A stretch of DNA of 37,030 bases from Nemertoderma westbladi (taxonomy: Eukaryota > Animalia > Xenacoelomorpha): positions 1-37,030 of the forward strand of contig JAUCBJ010003393.1 in the NCBI GenBank assembly GCA_032718475.1. The letters run 5' to 3'. The notes under the pieces are model-generated. The model was given only the letters and a program-made list of their open reading frames with translations, did not search any database and had not been told where the DNA came from. The stretch's first letter is position 1. The number at the start of each line of letters is the position of its first letter. Shown here one piece after another: positions 1 through 9,601 of the stretch. A program made the position numbers and the translations under genes.

Positions 1-1173
1 CGTTCACGCTGTGCAAGATTCCCACCGTTTTTAAAAATCATAATATTGGACTTGTCCATGTTAACCCGCAAACCCCAATAGTCGGCATAGCAACCAAGGA
101 TATCGAGTGCACCCTGTAGTCCACTAATACTTTCACTAACCAACACGATATCATCAGCATAAAGTAACAGGAAAAGTTTGAGCGCACCTACATCCAGGCC
201 CTGAATTCCTCCATCCCGTAGTTCCGCCTCTAAATCATTAATGAATAGCGCGAACAGAAGGGGACTCAAGCATTCCCCTTGTCGGACTCCTACAAGACAA
301 TCAAACTGCTCAGATACTGAACCCTGAAATCGAACTTGAGACCTCGCCGCACCATACATGTTCTTTATTACTGTAAGAATTTTTCCAGAGAATCCGAGAG
401 AAAGTAATTTTGACCAAAGTGCAGATCTATCAACGGAGTCGAACGCCTTCTGGAAATCTATAAATGCGCAGTATAATTTTCTGTTCGCTCCGCGTTTTAA
501 AAAATGGCTAATTAAAGCATTTAGAGTGAAAATCTGATCAATGGTGCTAAATCCTGTTCTAAACCCGGCCTGGGCTTCGATAAGTACTCCGAAACAATCA
601 GCCCACCACTGAAGTCTGGAATTGATTAGGTGGGTGAACAGTTTACCAAATATACTTAACAAAGAGATTCCCCGAAAATTGTTGGGATCGAACTTACTAC
701 CTTTCTTTTTATATATTGGAACCAAATTAGCAAGACCCCAACAAGAGGGAAAATATCCTGAGTGCAAAATGGCATTAAAAATAGAGGTAACGACCGGTAA
801 CAAACTGTCTGCACCCTCAATAAAAACTTCTGAATTGATACTATCTGGCCCAGTGGCCTTTCCACGCTTGAGCTTGTCGATCCCCCTGCTAACTTCATCC
901 TCTGAGAAAGCCTCACCTAAATACAAGTCAAAAATAGCTTTGCTTTCAGCTAGGTTGCTACTATGAGGCCTGGATATACTGCCTGTATCCATAAACTCAA
1001 AATTACTTTCTACATTAAGCTTACGGAAGTGTTCCTCAAACTGGGAAACACTGCAGCCTTCCTGAAGGCCGTCATTAGAACCGCAGGCAGACTTGAGAAG
1101 TTTCCAAAATTTCTTTGATTCTGAGATTTTAAACTTAGTGAGTCTTGATGACTCTAGGCGATTAAATAAATAT
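1..1173 (-). CDS. LINE A ORF2 reverse transcriptase region (continues past the window edge; joined to the APE part by a 1-nt frameshift)
   Basis: Manual translation: KAxGPD, NFRGISLLSIFGKLF, QAGFR, AFIDFQKAFDSV, GVRQGECLSPLLF, LLLYADD (YADD at 150..161). One extra A in the A5 run near 1173..1177 breaks RAK/YLFNRLES. Confidence 0.9.
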
Positions 1174-2541
1174 TTTTGCCCTACGCAATGCCCCAGCATA
1201 CGCACCCCTTGCAGCTGCTAGGGCTGCGTATGCAGCGGCACTTGGATTTGATTGCCAGTGGCTAAGCGCGACTCGAAAAACTCGCTTATACTGCACACAA
1301 TTTTCATCGTACCAAGGCTTAGCGCACGGCCTTTCACATTCCGTAGCAGTGAATTCACACTGAGTACTTACCTCACATGCACTAGACATGACTTCCGTGA
1401 GATTTTCTACTAAAGAATCTACTTTACCTTGTGAATAGAACCCACTGGAAGCACTATCAATGATTTTGTTTATAGTTGACTGCACACTGTCCGTTTTAAG
1501 TACATTTGAGAATTTCTCTGCAGTACGAGCATTCCAAATATTCTTAGAAGCGGTTAATTTTGGAGCACAGTCCTGTGATGGCTCAGGAACAGAGTCGCTA
1601 ACTACATTAGAAGTTCTCACAACAAAACCTAAATGACAGTGTTTCGAGAATAGGTTTGGCTGTCCAACAAAAAAATCAGAAATTCTCTTAGCGAAATGCA
1701 GCTTACTTAATAGATAATCAATCGTAGAACGGCCAACCTTCTTAGAATGAGAAGTGTTTACATAGGAACTGTAGAAAGTAAACTCACCCACAGCATTGTC
1801 TCTACCTAACCGACCATTCATAATACGTAAACCAGTGCTCTTACACAGGGAAAGAAGTCTGCGTCCATAAGTATTGCAAATTAAGTCACTGTTGGCCCGG
1901 TTAATAGGAACATCCCCCCAGTCCTCTGTAGCGTCGTACACATAGTCGAAAGGTAGGAAGTCATCGAACGGTGAATTATTAAAATCGTCAGAAATATAAT
2001 CTCGCCCCTGACCTGTCCTACTATTTACATCCCCAACAACAACTACATCGGCAAAATCATAGTAGCTAATACCTGCTTCCATTGCATCAAACATTGTAAT
2101 AGGATCGGCCCCGTGGGAAGTAGAACCTATTGGTGGGATATATACTGAGCAAACAACTAAATCGCGATCAAAACCAAAATATTCTTTTTTCAACTTAAAC
2201 CAGAGGAAGTCCTCTTGTTCAAACTGTGGCAGTCTCTGTATTTCGTCAGCGAAGACTGACCTGTAGTACACTACAATACCTCCGCTGTGACGTTTAGCCA
2301 GACGGTGCTTTGACTTCCTGCAGTTAACAAATTTCTCATATCCTACAATATCAATATTTACAAGACTGTTGGGATTGAGCCAAGTTTCGGCACACACAAA
2401 AATATCAAATGAGTTCACAAGGTGATGAAATTCAGGGTTTGAAACAGCAGAAGATAATCCTTCTACATTCAAATATCCTATTGTAACATTAGAGTCACGG
2501 GAATAATTACAGTTCACAGTTCCCACAGACCGTGACTGCAA
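1162..2541 (-). CDS. LINE A ORF2 apurinic-like endonuclease (APE) domain
   Basis: YLNVEGL, CAETW, GGIVVYYR, VYIPP, VVGDVNSRTG, NxYGRRLLSLCKSTGLRIMNGR, STIDY, SKH (SDH-equivalent). Confidence 0.92.
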   Translation of the reverse strand: MQSRSVGTVNCNYSRDSNVTIGYLNVEGLSSAVSNPEFHHLVNSFDIFVCAETWLNPNSLVNIDIVGYEKFVNCRKSKHRLAKRHSGGIVVYYRSVFADEIQRLPQFEQEDFLWFKLKKEYFGFDRDLVVCSVYIPPIGSTSHGADPITMFDAMEAGISYYDFADVVVVGDVNSRTGQGRDYISDDFNNSPFDDFLPFDYVYDATEDWGDVPINRANSDLICNTYGRRLLSLCKSTGLRIMNGRLGRDNAVGEFTFYSSYVNTSHSKKVGRSTIDYLLSKLHFAKRISDFFVGQPNLFSKHCHLGFVVRTSNVVSDSVPEPSQDCAPKLTASKNIWNARTAEKFSNVLKTDSVQSTINKIIDSASSGFYSQGKVDSLVENLTEVMSSACEVSTQCEFTATECERPCAKPWYDENCVQYKRVFRVALSHWQSNPSAAAYAALAAARGAYAGALRRAKIFI

Positions 2542-2546
2542 CCTGT

Positions 2547-3116
2547 CTAGTCCGGATGGGGATTTTGGATAGTTGTTAAATCCGAGTTCACACTGTTACC
2601 CAAGTCACCCACAGTGAAACTGTGTGATGCCTCTGATACCGGAGTATCACGAATGTGACCGGTACTAGCCCGATTGCAATCACTATTACTGCTCGATCTG
2701 GTTTTTGGACCTTGGTAACTGTTACTTCTGGCCCGAGCATTTTTCCTCAGCTGTTTAGGCCTAGTTACTTTGGGATTACCCTTGTTCACATTGGCCACTC
2801 TGTCTGATAAGCTACCTACAGTACTACCCATACTCACTGCTGTTGTGACAACTGGAACATTTTCAGTATCTGAACTACAACCCAAACTTGGTACATCACT
2901 TAGGCCAGATAAAACTGAAAATCTATTTTTCAACTGGGAACTGCCAGTATTTACTGATGCATTAGCAAAATTACTTGTAAACCTAGCATGTGTCGGTAGT
3001 GGGTGTGCTGCAGTATAATTTGTTGCAGCACAACCATTTTGAGACCATCCAGCTGTTGACTGACTAGTTATCAAGGAAGCTATTACCTGGTTTGTAGATG
3101 AGAGTGAATTAGACAC
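2547..3116 (-). CDS. Probable frameshifted C-terminal continuation of LINE A ORF1 (S/T/N-rich, low complexity)
   Basis: Overlaps the ORF1 end, has no ATG start, matches the ORF1 tail in composition, and stops 6 nt before the annotated ORF2 start. Confidence 0.55.
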   Translation of the reverse strand: MSNSLSSTNQVIASLITSQSTAGWSQNGCAATNYTAAHPLPTHARFTSNFANASVNTGSSQLKNRFSVLSGLSDVPSLGCSSDTENVPVVTTAVSMGSTVGSLSDRVANVNKGNPKVTRPKQLRKNARARSNSYQGPKTRSSSNSDCNRASTGHIRDTPVSEASHSFTVGDLGNSVNSDLTTIQNPHPD

Positions 3117-5218
3117 CAGGGAGATGCAATGTTGATGTTGATATTGATGTTGATATTACTACATGTAGGGGTACTTTCAATACAACAGGTAAGCCCGGAG
3201 TAACTATTAGCACTCCCAAGTGATCGGAAATAATTATTATTACTACTGGCATTGGTATTTGCGGCACCCTGTGGATCCACACTAGCATAATTGCCGCTGT
3301 AACTGCTGTTAACAATTGGTCTACTGTGGTAATCAGTAGGAGCAGAGCATAAATTAGATTGGGTACATTCTGCACCTGTAAAAACACCTGGATATCTAAA
3401 CCTAGCTAGATTTGGACTAGGCCTCACCACAGGGGGGCGCATGGGAATGCCAGTTGCATAAGGAATACCGGTAGAATGAACAAAAGCAGATACTGTATTA
3501 CCATTCACAGAATTTGTAGGACGGGGATTAAAATTCCCAATACTATTAACATAACTAGAGACAGGAACTGTGTCACCTTGCACAGAATTCGAAAAACGGG
3601 GATTAAAATTCCCAATACTATTAGCATAACTAGGGACAGACACTGTGTCGCCTTGCACAGAATTCGAAAAACGGGGATTAAAATTCCCAGCACCACTAGC
3701 ATATCCATAGACAGACACTGGGTCACCTTGCACAGAATTCGGAAAACGGGGATTAAAATTCCCAGCACCACTAGCATAACCATAGACAGACACTGGGTCA
3801 CCTTGCACAGAAATCGGAAAACGGGGATTCAAATTCCCAGCACCACTAGCATGTCCATAGACAGACACTGGGTCACCTTGCACAGAATTCGGAAAACGGG
3901 GATTAAAATTCCCAGTACCATATGTACCACCCCCTATTCGTCCATGGCGTACATGGGACATATGTTGAGATGGCACAAAAGTTTGATGAGTACTCGGTAG
4001 GCCTATAGCAGTAGGGCGAAGGTCAGATAACCTAATATTAGGTCGATTAAATATCTCCCAACCAGAAATCCGATTGCCATTCACCAATAGTGAATTCCCC
4101 AATACCCGAGCGATCGCTCCTTGACCACGAGCGTCACGGGCTAGGCGGTGGAGCCCATCACGTTGGACCCGCAATTCTTGGGGCAAATCATCCGATATTG
4201 ATATGAAGGAAGCCGGATCACATCTCCCTCTCATACTCCACACAGTATCCCTCTGTTTTAAACTTAGGAACTCAACCAAAATTGGTCGAAAGCTACTGCC
4301 AGAAGGACGCCGGTTTCCCATTCGGAAGCACCGCTCAATCGAGACATCAAGTTCGAGCCCTAACCCGACCTTTATGAAATTACGGATGAGAGACTCTGTA
4401 TCCTCGTTCGGCGATTCTGTGAGACCACGTATTATTAAATTACGGCGTGATACAATGCGCTCCGTTTCCACCTGACGCCGGTGTAACCATTCAAACTGGT
4501 TCCTATTCATATCAATTCTACTGAGAGCTAAGTCTAGAGACTCCTTAATCTGGGTTATTCCATCAGCCATTCGGGGGATCAGTGACAAACATACATTTAA
4601 GTTTCCCGAGTTGGCGGTATCGGTAGGGTCAGGCAGATGGCGAGAATATGTTTGACTGCCTGCAAAATTCCTCTCCATTGAGACCTGGCTACCCATGCCT
4701 GGGCGCACACCGGAAGAGCTACCCTGTTGGTTCCAAGGGAAGGAATCTGTAGGGAAGTTCAGGTTCTGAACCCACGTTGTTGATGTGAGAGATTGTTGCT
4801 GCGAAACTACGGAAGGGTAGCTAATATTGTCGTAGCTGGTAACCCTGGGCCGTTTCGAAGATGGTCGAACATCAGAAATCCACCCGACGTTGGATGTGCG
4901 AGGAAGTTCATCAACCAGAACCACTTCAGCACGGACACCGCTGTCCTTAAGTGGCGAAATTGGCCGGTTAGTACCCGCATTGCTCGAATTTACTGGGCCT
5001 TCGCCATTGCTGGTGCTGGATCTAACCACTACGTCCGCATCCGTGCCAGTAATGGTGTTAGAAGATTGTTGACTCGGCCCAACCGAACCGCAACTACCGG
5101 TACCGCTACCGTTGGACTGGTTGGAAGTAACGTCATCCTCAAACGCAAAAGAAGCTATTTCAATTTGGGTTAACCCAGATGCGCTTGAAGTATCATTGCT
5201 AGAAATTGGATCGCTCAT
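3083..5218 (-). CDS. LINE A ORF1 RNA-binding protein (coiled coil + L1-type RRM/CTD) with a repetitive tail
   Basis: RRNLIIRGLTESPNED...IERCFRMG...RPILVEF...ISDDLPQELRVQR...LLVNG pattern typical of L1/CR1-group ORF1p. Confidence 0.85.
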   Translation of the reverse strand: MSDPISSNDTSSASGLTQIEIASFAFEDDVTSNQSNGSGTGSCGSVGPSQQSSNTITGTDADVVVRSSTSNGEGPVNSSNAGTNRPISPLKDSGVRAEVVLVDELPRTSNVGWISDVRPSSKRPRVTSYDNISYPSVVSQQQSLTSTTWVQNLNFPTDSFPWNQQGSSSGVRPGMGSQVSMERNFAGSQTYSRHLPDPTDTANSGNLNVCLSLIPRMADGITQIKESLDLALSRIDMNRNQFEWLHRRQVETERIVSRRNLIIRGLTESPNEDTESLIRNFIKVGLGLELDVSIERCFRMGNRRPSGSSFRPILVEFLSLKQRDTVWSMRGRCDPASFISISDDLPQELRVQRDGLHRLARDARGQGAIARVLGNSLLVNGNRISGWEIFNRPNIRLSDLRPTAIGLPSTHQTFVPSQHMSHVRHGRIGGGTYGTGNFNPRFPNSVQGDPVSVYGHASGAGNLNPRFPISVQGDPVSVYGYASGAGNFNPRFPNSVQGDPVSVYGYASGAGNFNPRFSNSVQGDTVSVPSYANSIGNFNPRFSNSVQGDTVPVSSYVNSIGNFNPRPTNSVNGNTVSAFVHSTGIPYATGIPMRPPVVRPSPNLARFRYPGVFTGAECTQSNLCSAPTDYHSRPIVNSSYSGNYASVDPQGAANTNASSNNNYFRSLGSANSYSGLTCCIESTPTCSNININININIASPWCLIHSHLQTR
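3464..3913 (-). repeat. Six tandem 75-bp (25-aa) repeats in ORF1
   Basis: aaattccc recurs every 75 bp (3531 to 3906); unit GNFNPRFPNSVQGDPVSVYGYASGA. Confidence 0.95.
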
Positions 5219-5421
5219 CGTTTCAAGAGTGTCGGGATCGGGAAGGCAGCAAATGTGACTGTTCTTGCATAAGTATACAGATATCAGATATAATGTAGGC
5301 CTAGTACAGTTTGTCGGTACCGGTATATGTAAGTAGTAGGAGAGGTAGTAGGTAGTAGTTTATTATATTATATATATTATATATTATTTATTATATATAT
5401 ATTATATTATATATTATAGTT

Positions 5422-5647
5422 TATTATTACTACTGTACCCCTTTTTTATTGTTGCTATCAGACTGCTATACTGCAGTACTGTCATATTGTTATCAGTGAT
5501 TGGTGTAGATTGATGTAGTGCAGTAGTGCTATTATTTTTATGTACCACGGTCCTTATTACTACTAAATTTAGAATGCAGAATTGAGATATCTAAATACTG
5601 AAACTGCTGAAATGTTTTTATATCCGAACCACTATGGGTTCGTGACA
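5422..5647 (+). repeat. BEL-B 5' LTR (first ~127 bp missing)
   Basis: Matches 12135..12359 with about 1 substitution and 1 indel; ends ...GTTCGTGACA. Confidence 0.93.
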
Positions 5648-5659
5648 TGGTGCGGTGAC
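5648..5659 (+). promoter_or_regulatory. BEL-B primer binding site, tRNA-His-like
   Basis: TGGTGCGGTGAC directly after the LTR; 11/12 match to the complement of the metazoan tRNA-His 3' end (TGGTGCCGTGAC). Confidence 0.8.
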
Positions 5660-6149
5660 AAATTTTGAAATCCAGGACAGACCTGCAAACTGCAAGGTAC
5701 AAACAGTCAGACAGCTCAGCAGTTCCGAATTTAAAAATCGCCAACTGCCGGTACCTACGCCATGATAATAACATTAATGAATACCAATCTGGCGGTCACT
5801 GGTAACCGGTAACGTACCTACTGTCATATACTGCAGATATAGGCTAATATGCCTGATATGATGACACAATATGGCTGACAGTCAGATATAATTGAAATGG
5901 ATACATAAACGCACGGCTTAACTAGCCCTAGAAGAAGCAGCCTAATGCAGTAGGCCTAATGTTATTTCTGTTATTTAATATTGATAATGCAATTCAAATG
6001 CAATTTGGAAATGGTGAGTCAAGTGATGATAGTATTATTATTATTATTGCCTACCTGCTTAGGCCTACCACTACCGGTACCGGTACATCTACTGAACGTT
6101 TACTGGCTGCTATCAACTGAACTTGACCGAAATTGTTAATTGTGAAAAA

Positions 6150-8705
6150 ATGTCTGGGAAAATAAGACAATTAATTGGCCCATTAAAACAACGTTTGATT
6201 AAAAACGTTAATGAATGTTCAACTGTTCTAGACATTCGCATCAGATCAGGCCTAACTATAGATGAGTATAATGTGTTAAGAGAAGATATACTCAAATTAA
6301 ATAATAAAATTGAAAGACAGATTGGACAACTGCAGCAATATGATACCGATTTCTTAGAACTACTTGACGATTTACCCAAAGCAGACAATGAACACGTAAT
6401 TTATGAACAAACTGCTTTGGGTGATAAAGGCTATTTAGATATAGTAGCAATTGGTCAAGATTGTATAGATAGCTTAACTGCCAGATTAAGCACAATTGAC
6501 AGAAATCAGTCATTTGCATCACAAACACCTGTTGAAATCCCCAATGCCAGTGGTAATGTATTTTATGGTACGAGTCAGAGACCACCCGCAGATAGACATG
6601 GACATAGTTTTAGTAGAGATCATAATGCTCGCTTGCCTAAATTAGATTTACCGAAATTTTCGGGTGTTGATATCAACAAATGGGTTGATTATTGGGCAAT
6701 GTTTGAATCATGCGTGGGTTCCAGAACTGATCTCTCTAATATACAGAAATTTTCATATTTGAAAAGTTCTCTGACTGGGAGTGCAGCCAATGTTGTAATG
6801 GGTTTTGCTTTAAATGAAGAAAGCTATATTGAAGCTATTGAATTATTGAATAAAAGGTATGGAAGCAAAACATTACAAAAAACGGCACTATATAAAGAGT
6901 GGGGGTTATTGAAACTATCAAGTAAAAGAGTGTCCGCAATTAGAATTATGGTAGACACAGCACAGAGGATATTCCGCCAATTGAATGTTTTAGGTGATAA
7001 TTTGTATACAAGTGAATTAGTAGCAGCGGAATTCCAAGCAAAATTGCCTGACTGTGTAAAAATTGAACTTTGGAAGGATCACAAAGTGGATGAACCATGG
7101 ATTTTGGTTGATTTATTTGAATGTTTAGATAAATACCTGTTCATACAAGAGCGTCTATCTGAGAACTTTGATAATATCAGTGCTAGTAGTAGTAGTAAAG
7201 AAACCTGTGCCAGATACATTAATGCGAAGGATGACAATTTTGAGAGTGGAACAACTAGTACAATGATGACTACTTCTACTTCCAGTGCATCTACTAGTAG
7301 CAATAAAAATTGTATACTTTGTAATGATCCTCATTATCCAGAGCAATGTACTATTTACAGGACATTGGATAGCAGATTGCAAAAATTGAAATCATTAGGA
7401 CGTTGTTATCTATGTACCCAAAGAGGACATTGTGCAAGTGAGTGTCCTCATAGGGATAATATATTCTGTTTTCATTGTAAAAAACGAAGGCATCACAATC
7501 GATGCTTATGCCCAAGAAAATTTGGTAATGGCAGTGGCAATGCGACAGGGTCTCCTAATATGAGAAATGCTCACAATGATTCCACAAAGAAATCTGGTTT
7601 TCGTGATACTGAGAATTACAGAAAGGGGCCAAACGAAAGTTACAAACCACCTAATAATGTTCAATTTTCATCATCTTCGACCAATTCAGACTGTTCTGTT
7701 AAAAATAAGACTATATCAGATAATTATACAATTAATGTAAATCACACTATGATGAATGTTGACGACTTTACTGTTTTCCACACTGCTACTGTAAAAATGA
7801 GAAGACCAAATTCTGAAACCAGTGTAATGGCAAGAATACTACTAGATTGTTGTTCCAATAAAACATATATTTCAGAACAGAAGGCTAAAGATTTGTCAAT
7901 GGAAAAACTTGGACAACAAGTTCTATCTACAAAAGTGTTTGGAACAAAGAAATTAATGACTGTTTTTTCAGAATTCGGTGAAATTGAAATATTTTTGAAT
8001 GACGGATCAACAAAGTTGATGACTGTAAACACACATCCTGAACTCACAGGAGATATAATTCGTGAGGAGTTAAGTGATGAAGATATGCAAATTATCATGA
8101 AATATCCACGAGAACTACTGGGTGATGAATTAAATAAGGAAAGGGAGATGATTTGCCCAGATATATTGGTTGGCATGGATTACTTTTGGGATTTCTTCAG
8201 ACCAAAGAGATGTGAGAAAGAAATTGAATTGCCATCTGGAATGTTACTTATGCCTTCTACTCTTGGTTTACTTCTTGGTGGGTCATCTGAAAATGGACTA
8301 TACTTACAGAGAGGGGAATCTGCACAAACTTTTTTTGCTTCATCAATGAACAGTTCTATGCATGTTCCATATTTAGAGATTGATAGTAACGATCGTCCAA
8401 CTTACGAAGAGCCAGATTTATCACGATTTTGGAATTTAGAAGCAGTCGGAATTAATGATGATGCTATTGCTAAAGACGACACAGAAATAGACAAACTTCA
8501 AAAAAACATTGTAGTTAGAAATGGCCGCTATCATGTTGGTTGGCCATGGAAAGATAAAAATCCTAAATTGCCCACAAATTACGGTTTAGCGCATGGAAGG
8601 TTAAATTCATTACTCACGTCGTCTATTGAAAGATATACCTTTATTACATGGCTATTCAGATATAATAGTAAAGCAACTGGAAAATGGAATGATAGAAAAG
8701 GTTGA
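6150..8705 (+). CDS. gag: BEL-B Gag (DUF1759-type, three Cys-His knuckles) + aspartic protease; frameshifts near 8620
   Basis: LPKLDLPKFSG...KFSYLKSSLTGSAA; CILCNDPHYPEQC, CYLCTQRGHCASEC, CFHCKKRRHHNRCLC; ARILLDCCSNKTYI; DILVGMD. First ATG at 6150. Confidence 0.9.
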   Translation: MSGKIRQLIGPLKQRLIKNVNECSTVLDIRIRSGLTIDEYNVLREDILKLNNKIERQIGQLQQYDTDFLELLDDLPKADNEHVIYEQTALGDKGYLDIVAIGQDCIDSLTARLSTIDRNQSFASQTPVEIPNASGNVFYGTSQRPPADRHGHSFSRDHNARLPKLDLPKFSGVDINKWVDYWAMFESCVGSRTDLSNIQKFSYLKSSLTGSAANVVMGFALNEESYIEAIELLNKRYGSKTLQKTALYKEWGLLKLSSKRVSAIRIMVDTAQRIFRQLNVLGDNLYTSELVAAEFQAKLPDCVKIELWKDHKVDEPWILVDLFECLDKYLFIQERLSENFDNISASSSSKETCARYINAKDDNFESGTTSTMMTTSTSSASTSSNKNCILCNDPHYPEQCTIYRTLDSRLQKLKSLGRCYLCTQRGHCASECPHRDNIFCFHCKKRRHHNRCLCPRKFGNGSGNATGSPNMRNAHNDSTKKSGFRDTENYRKGPNESYKPPNNVQFSSSSTNSDCSVKNKTISDNYTINVNHTMMNVDDFTVFHTATVKMRRPNSETSVMARILLDCCSNKTYISEQKAKDLSMEKLGQQVLSTKVFGTKKLMTVFSEFGEIEIFLNDGSTKLMTVNTHPELTGDIIREELSDEDMQIIMKYPRELLGDELNKEREMICPDILVGMDYFWDFFRPKRCEKEIELPSGMLLMPSTLGLLLGGSSENGLYLQRGESAQTFFASSMNSSMHVPYLEIDSNDRPTYEEPDLSRFWNLEAVGINDDAIAKDDTEIDKLQKNIVVRNGRYHVGWPWKDKNPKLPTNYGLAHGRLNSLLTSSIERYTFITWLFRYNSKATGKWNDRKG

Positions 8706-9549
8706 TATGATGGATAGTGAAAGTAAAGATGATGACTCAAAGTTAGTACACTATTTACCTCATCATCCCGTGTTCAAACTGGATTCCGAAACTACTCCAA
8801 TAAGAATGGTGTATGATGCATCCTCAAAGGCACATAAATCATTGAATAGTCTAAATGATTGTCTAGTTAGTGGTCCCAACCTTGTCGTTAATTTAACTGG
8901 ACAGTTATTTCGATTTCGCTTATGTAATATTGCTATATTAAGTGATGTAGAAAAGGCCTTTTTGAACATAGGCCTCCATGACAAAGATCGCAATGTATGT
9001 CGATTCTTATGGTTTAAAGATATGTCTAACCCTGTCATGAAAGATAACATTCAATGCTATAGATTTACACGAGTCCCATTTGGCATAATATCCAGTTTAT
9101 TTCTATTACTCGGTGTAATTTATGTTCATCTTGCAATGTATGCTGTAAAACATGAAGATCAAAGGGTTTTATGTGAAGAAATACATGATAATATGTATGT
9201 AGACAATGTTTTGCTGTCCTCAAATACACCTGCAGAAGGGTATGTTAAATATATTGAATTCAAACGGTGCTTCTCAGATGCATCACTCAATCTCAGACAA
9301 TTCATTTCAAATTCTGTGGAATTAATGAATCAAATACCCCCTCAAGACACTTGTGATAACTCTATTGTTAAAATATTAGGACTGACATGGGATACTGATG
9401 CTGATACAATTGCCATTCGAACTGTTAATGCATTAAAATGCAATGATAAATTAACTAAACGAAAATTGATAAATATGGTAGCTAGTTTTTTCAATCCAGT
9501 TAATTCAATTATTATTTCAGAAATCATGGACCTTAGGAAGAAACTATGA
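8626..9549 (+). pseudogene. pol: BEL-B reverse transcriptase (frameshifted at both ends)
   Basis: HYLPHHPV, RMVYDAS, SLNDCL, SDVEKAF, RFLW, RVPFG, YVDN, KILGLTW. Confidence 0.9.
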
Positions 9550-9601
9550 TTGGGATAAGGTACTACCATCTGAGTATCAAGAAGAATGGAAAAATTGTGT
9601 C

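Larger units (their letters stand above)
1..5421 (-). mobile_element. Non-LTR retrotransposon A (two-ORF LINE, RTE-X-like by inference); 3' part runs off the left edge
   Basis: ORF1 with an L1-type RRM-like motif, ORF2 with APE and RT motifs. The 5' boundary is placed where identity with the BEL-B LTR begins (5422). Clade assignment is by eye. Confidence 0.9.

Noticed and set aside
622-5173. Plus-strand ORFs (622..966, 2770..3018, 3476..4000, 4203..4475, 4793..5173)
   Set aside because: Antisense shadows of the LINE ORFs and repeats. The same applies to the many short opposite-strand ORFs over BEL-B and BEL-C.
5355-5421. AT-rich tract as a LINE 3' tail
   Set aside because: It lies at the 5' end of LINE A by orientation; treated as low-complexity UTR or junction sequence.
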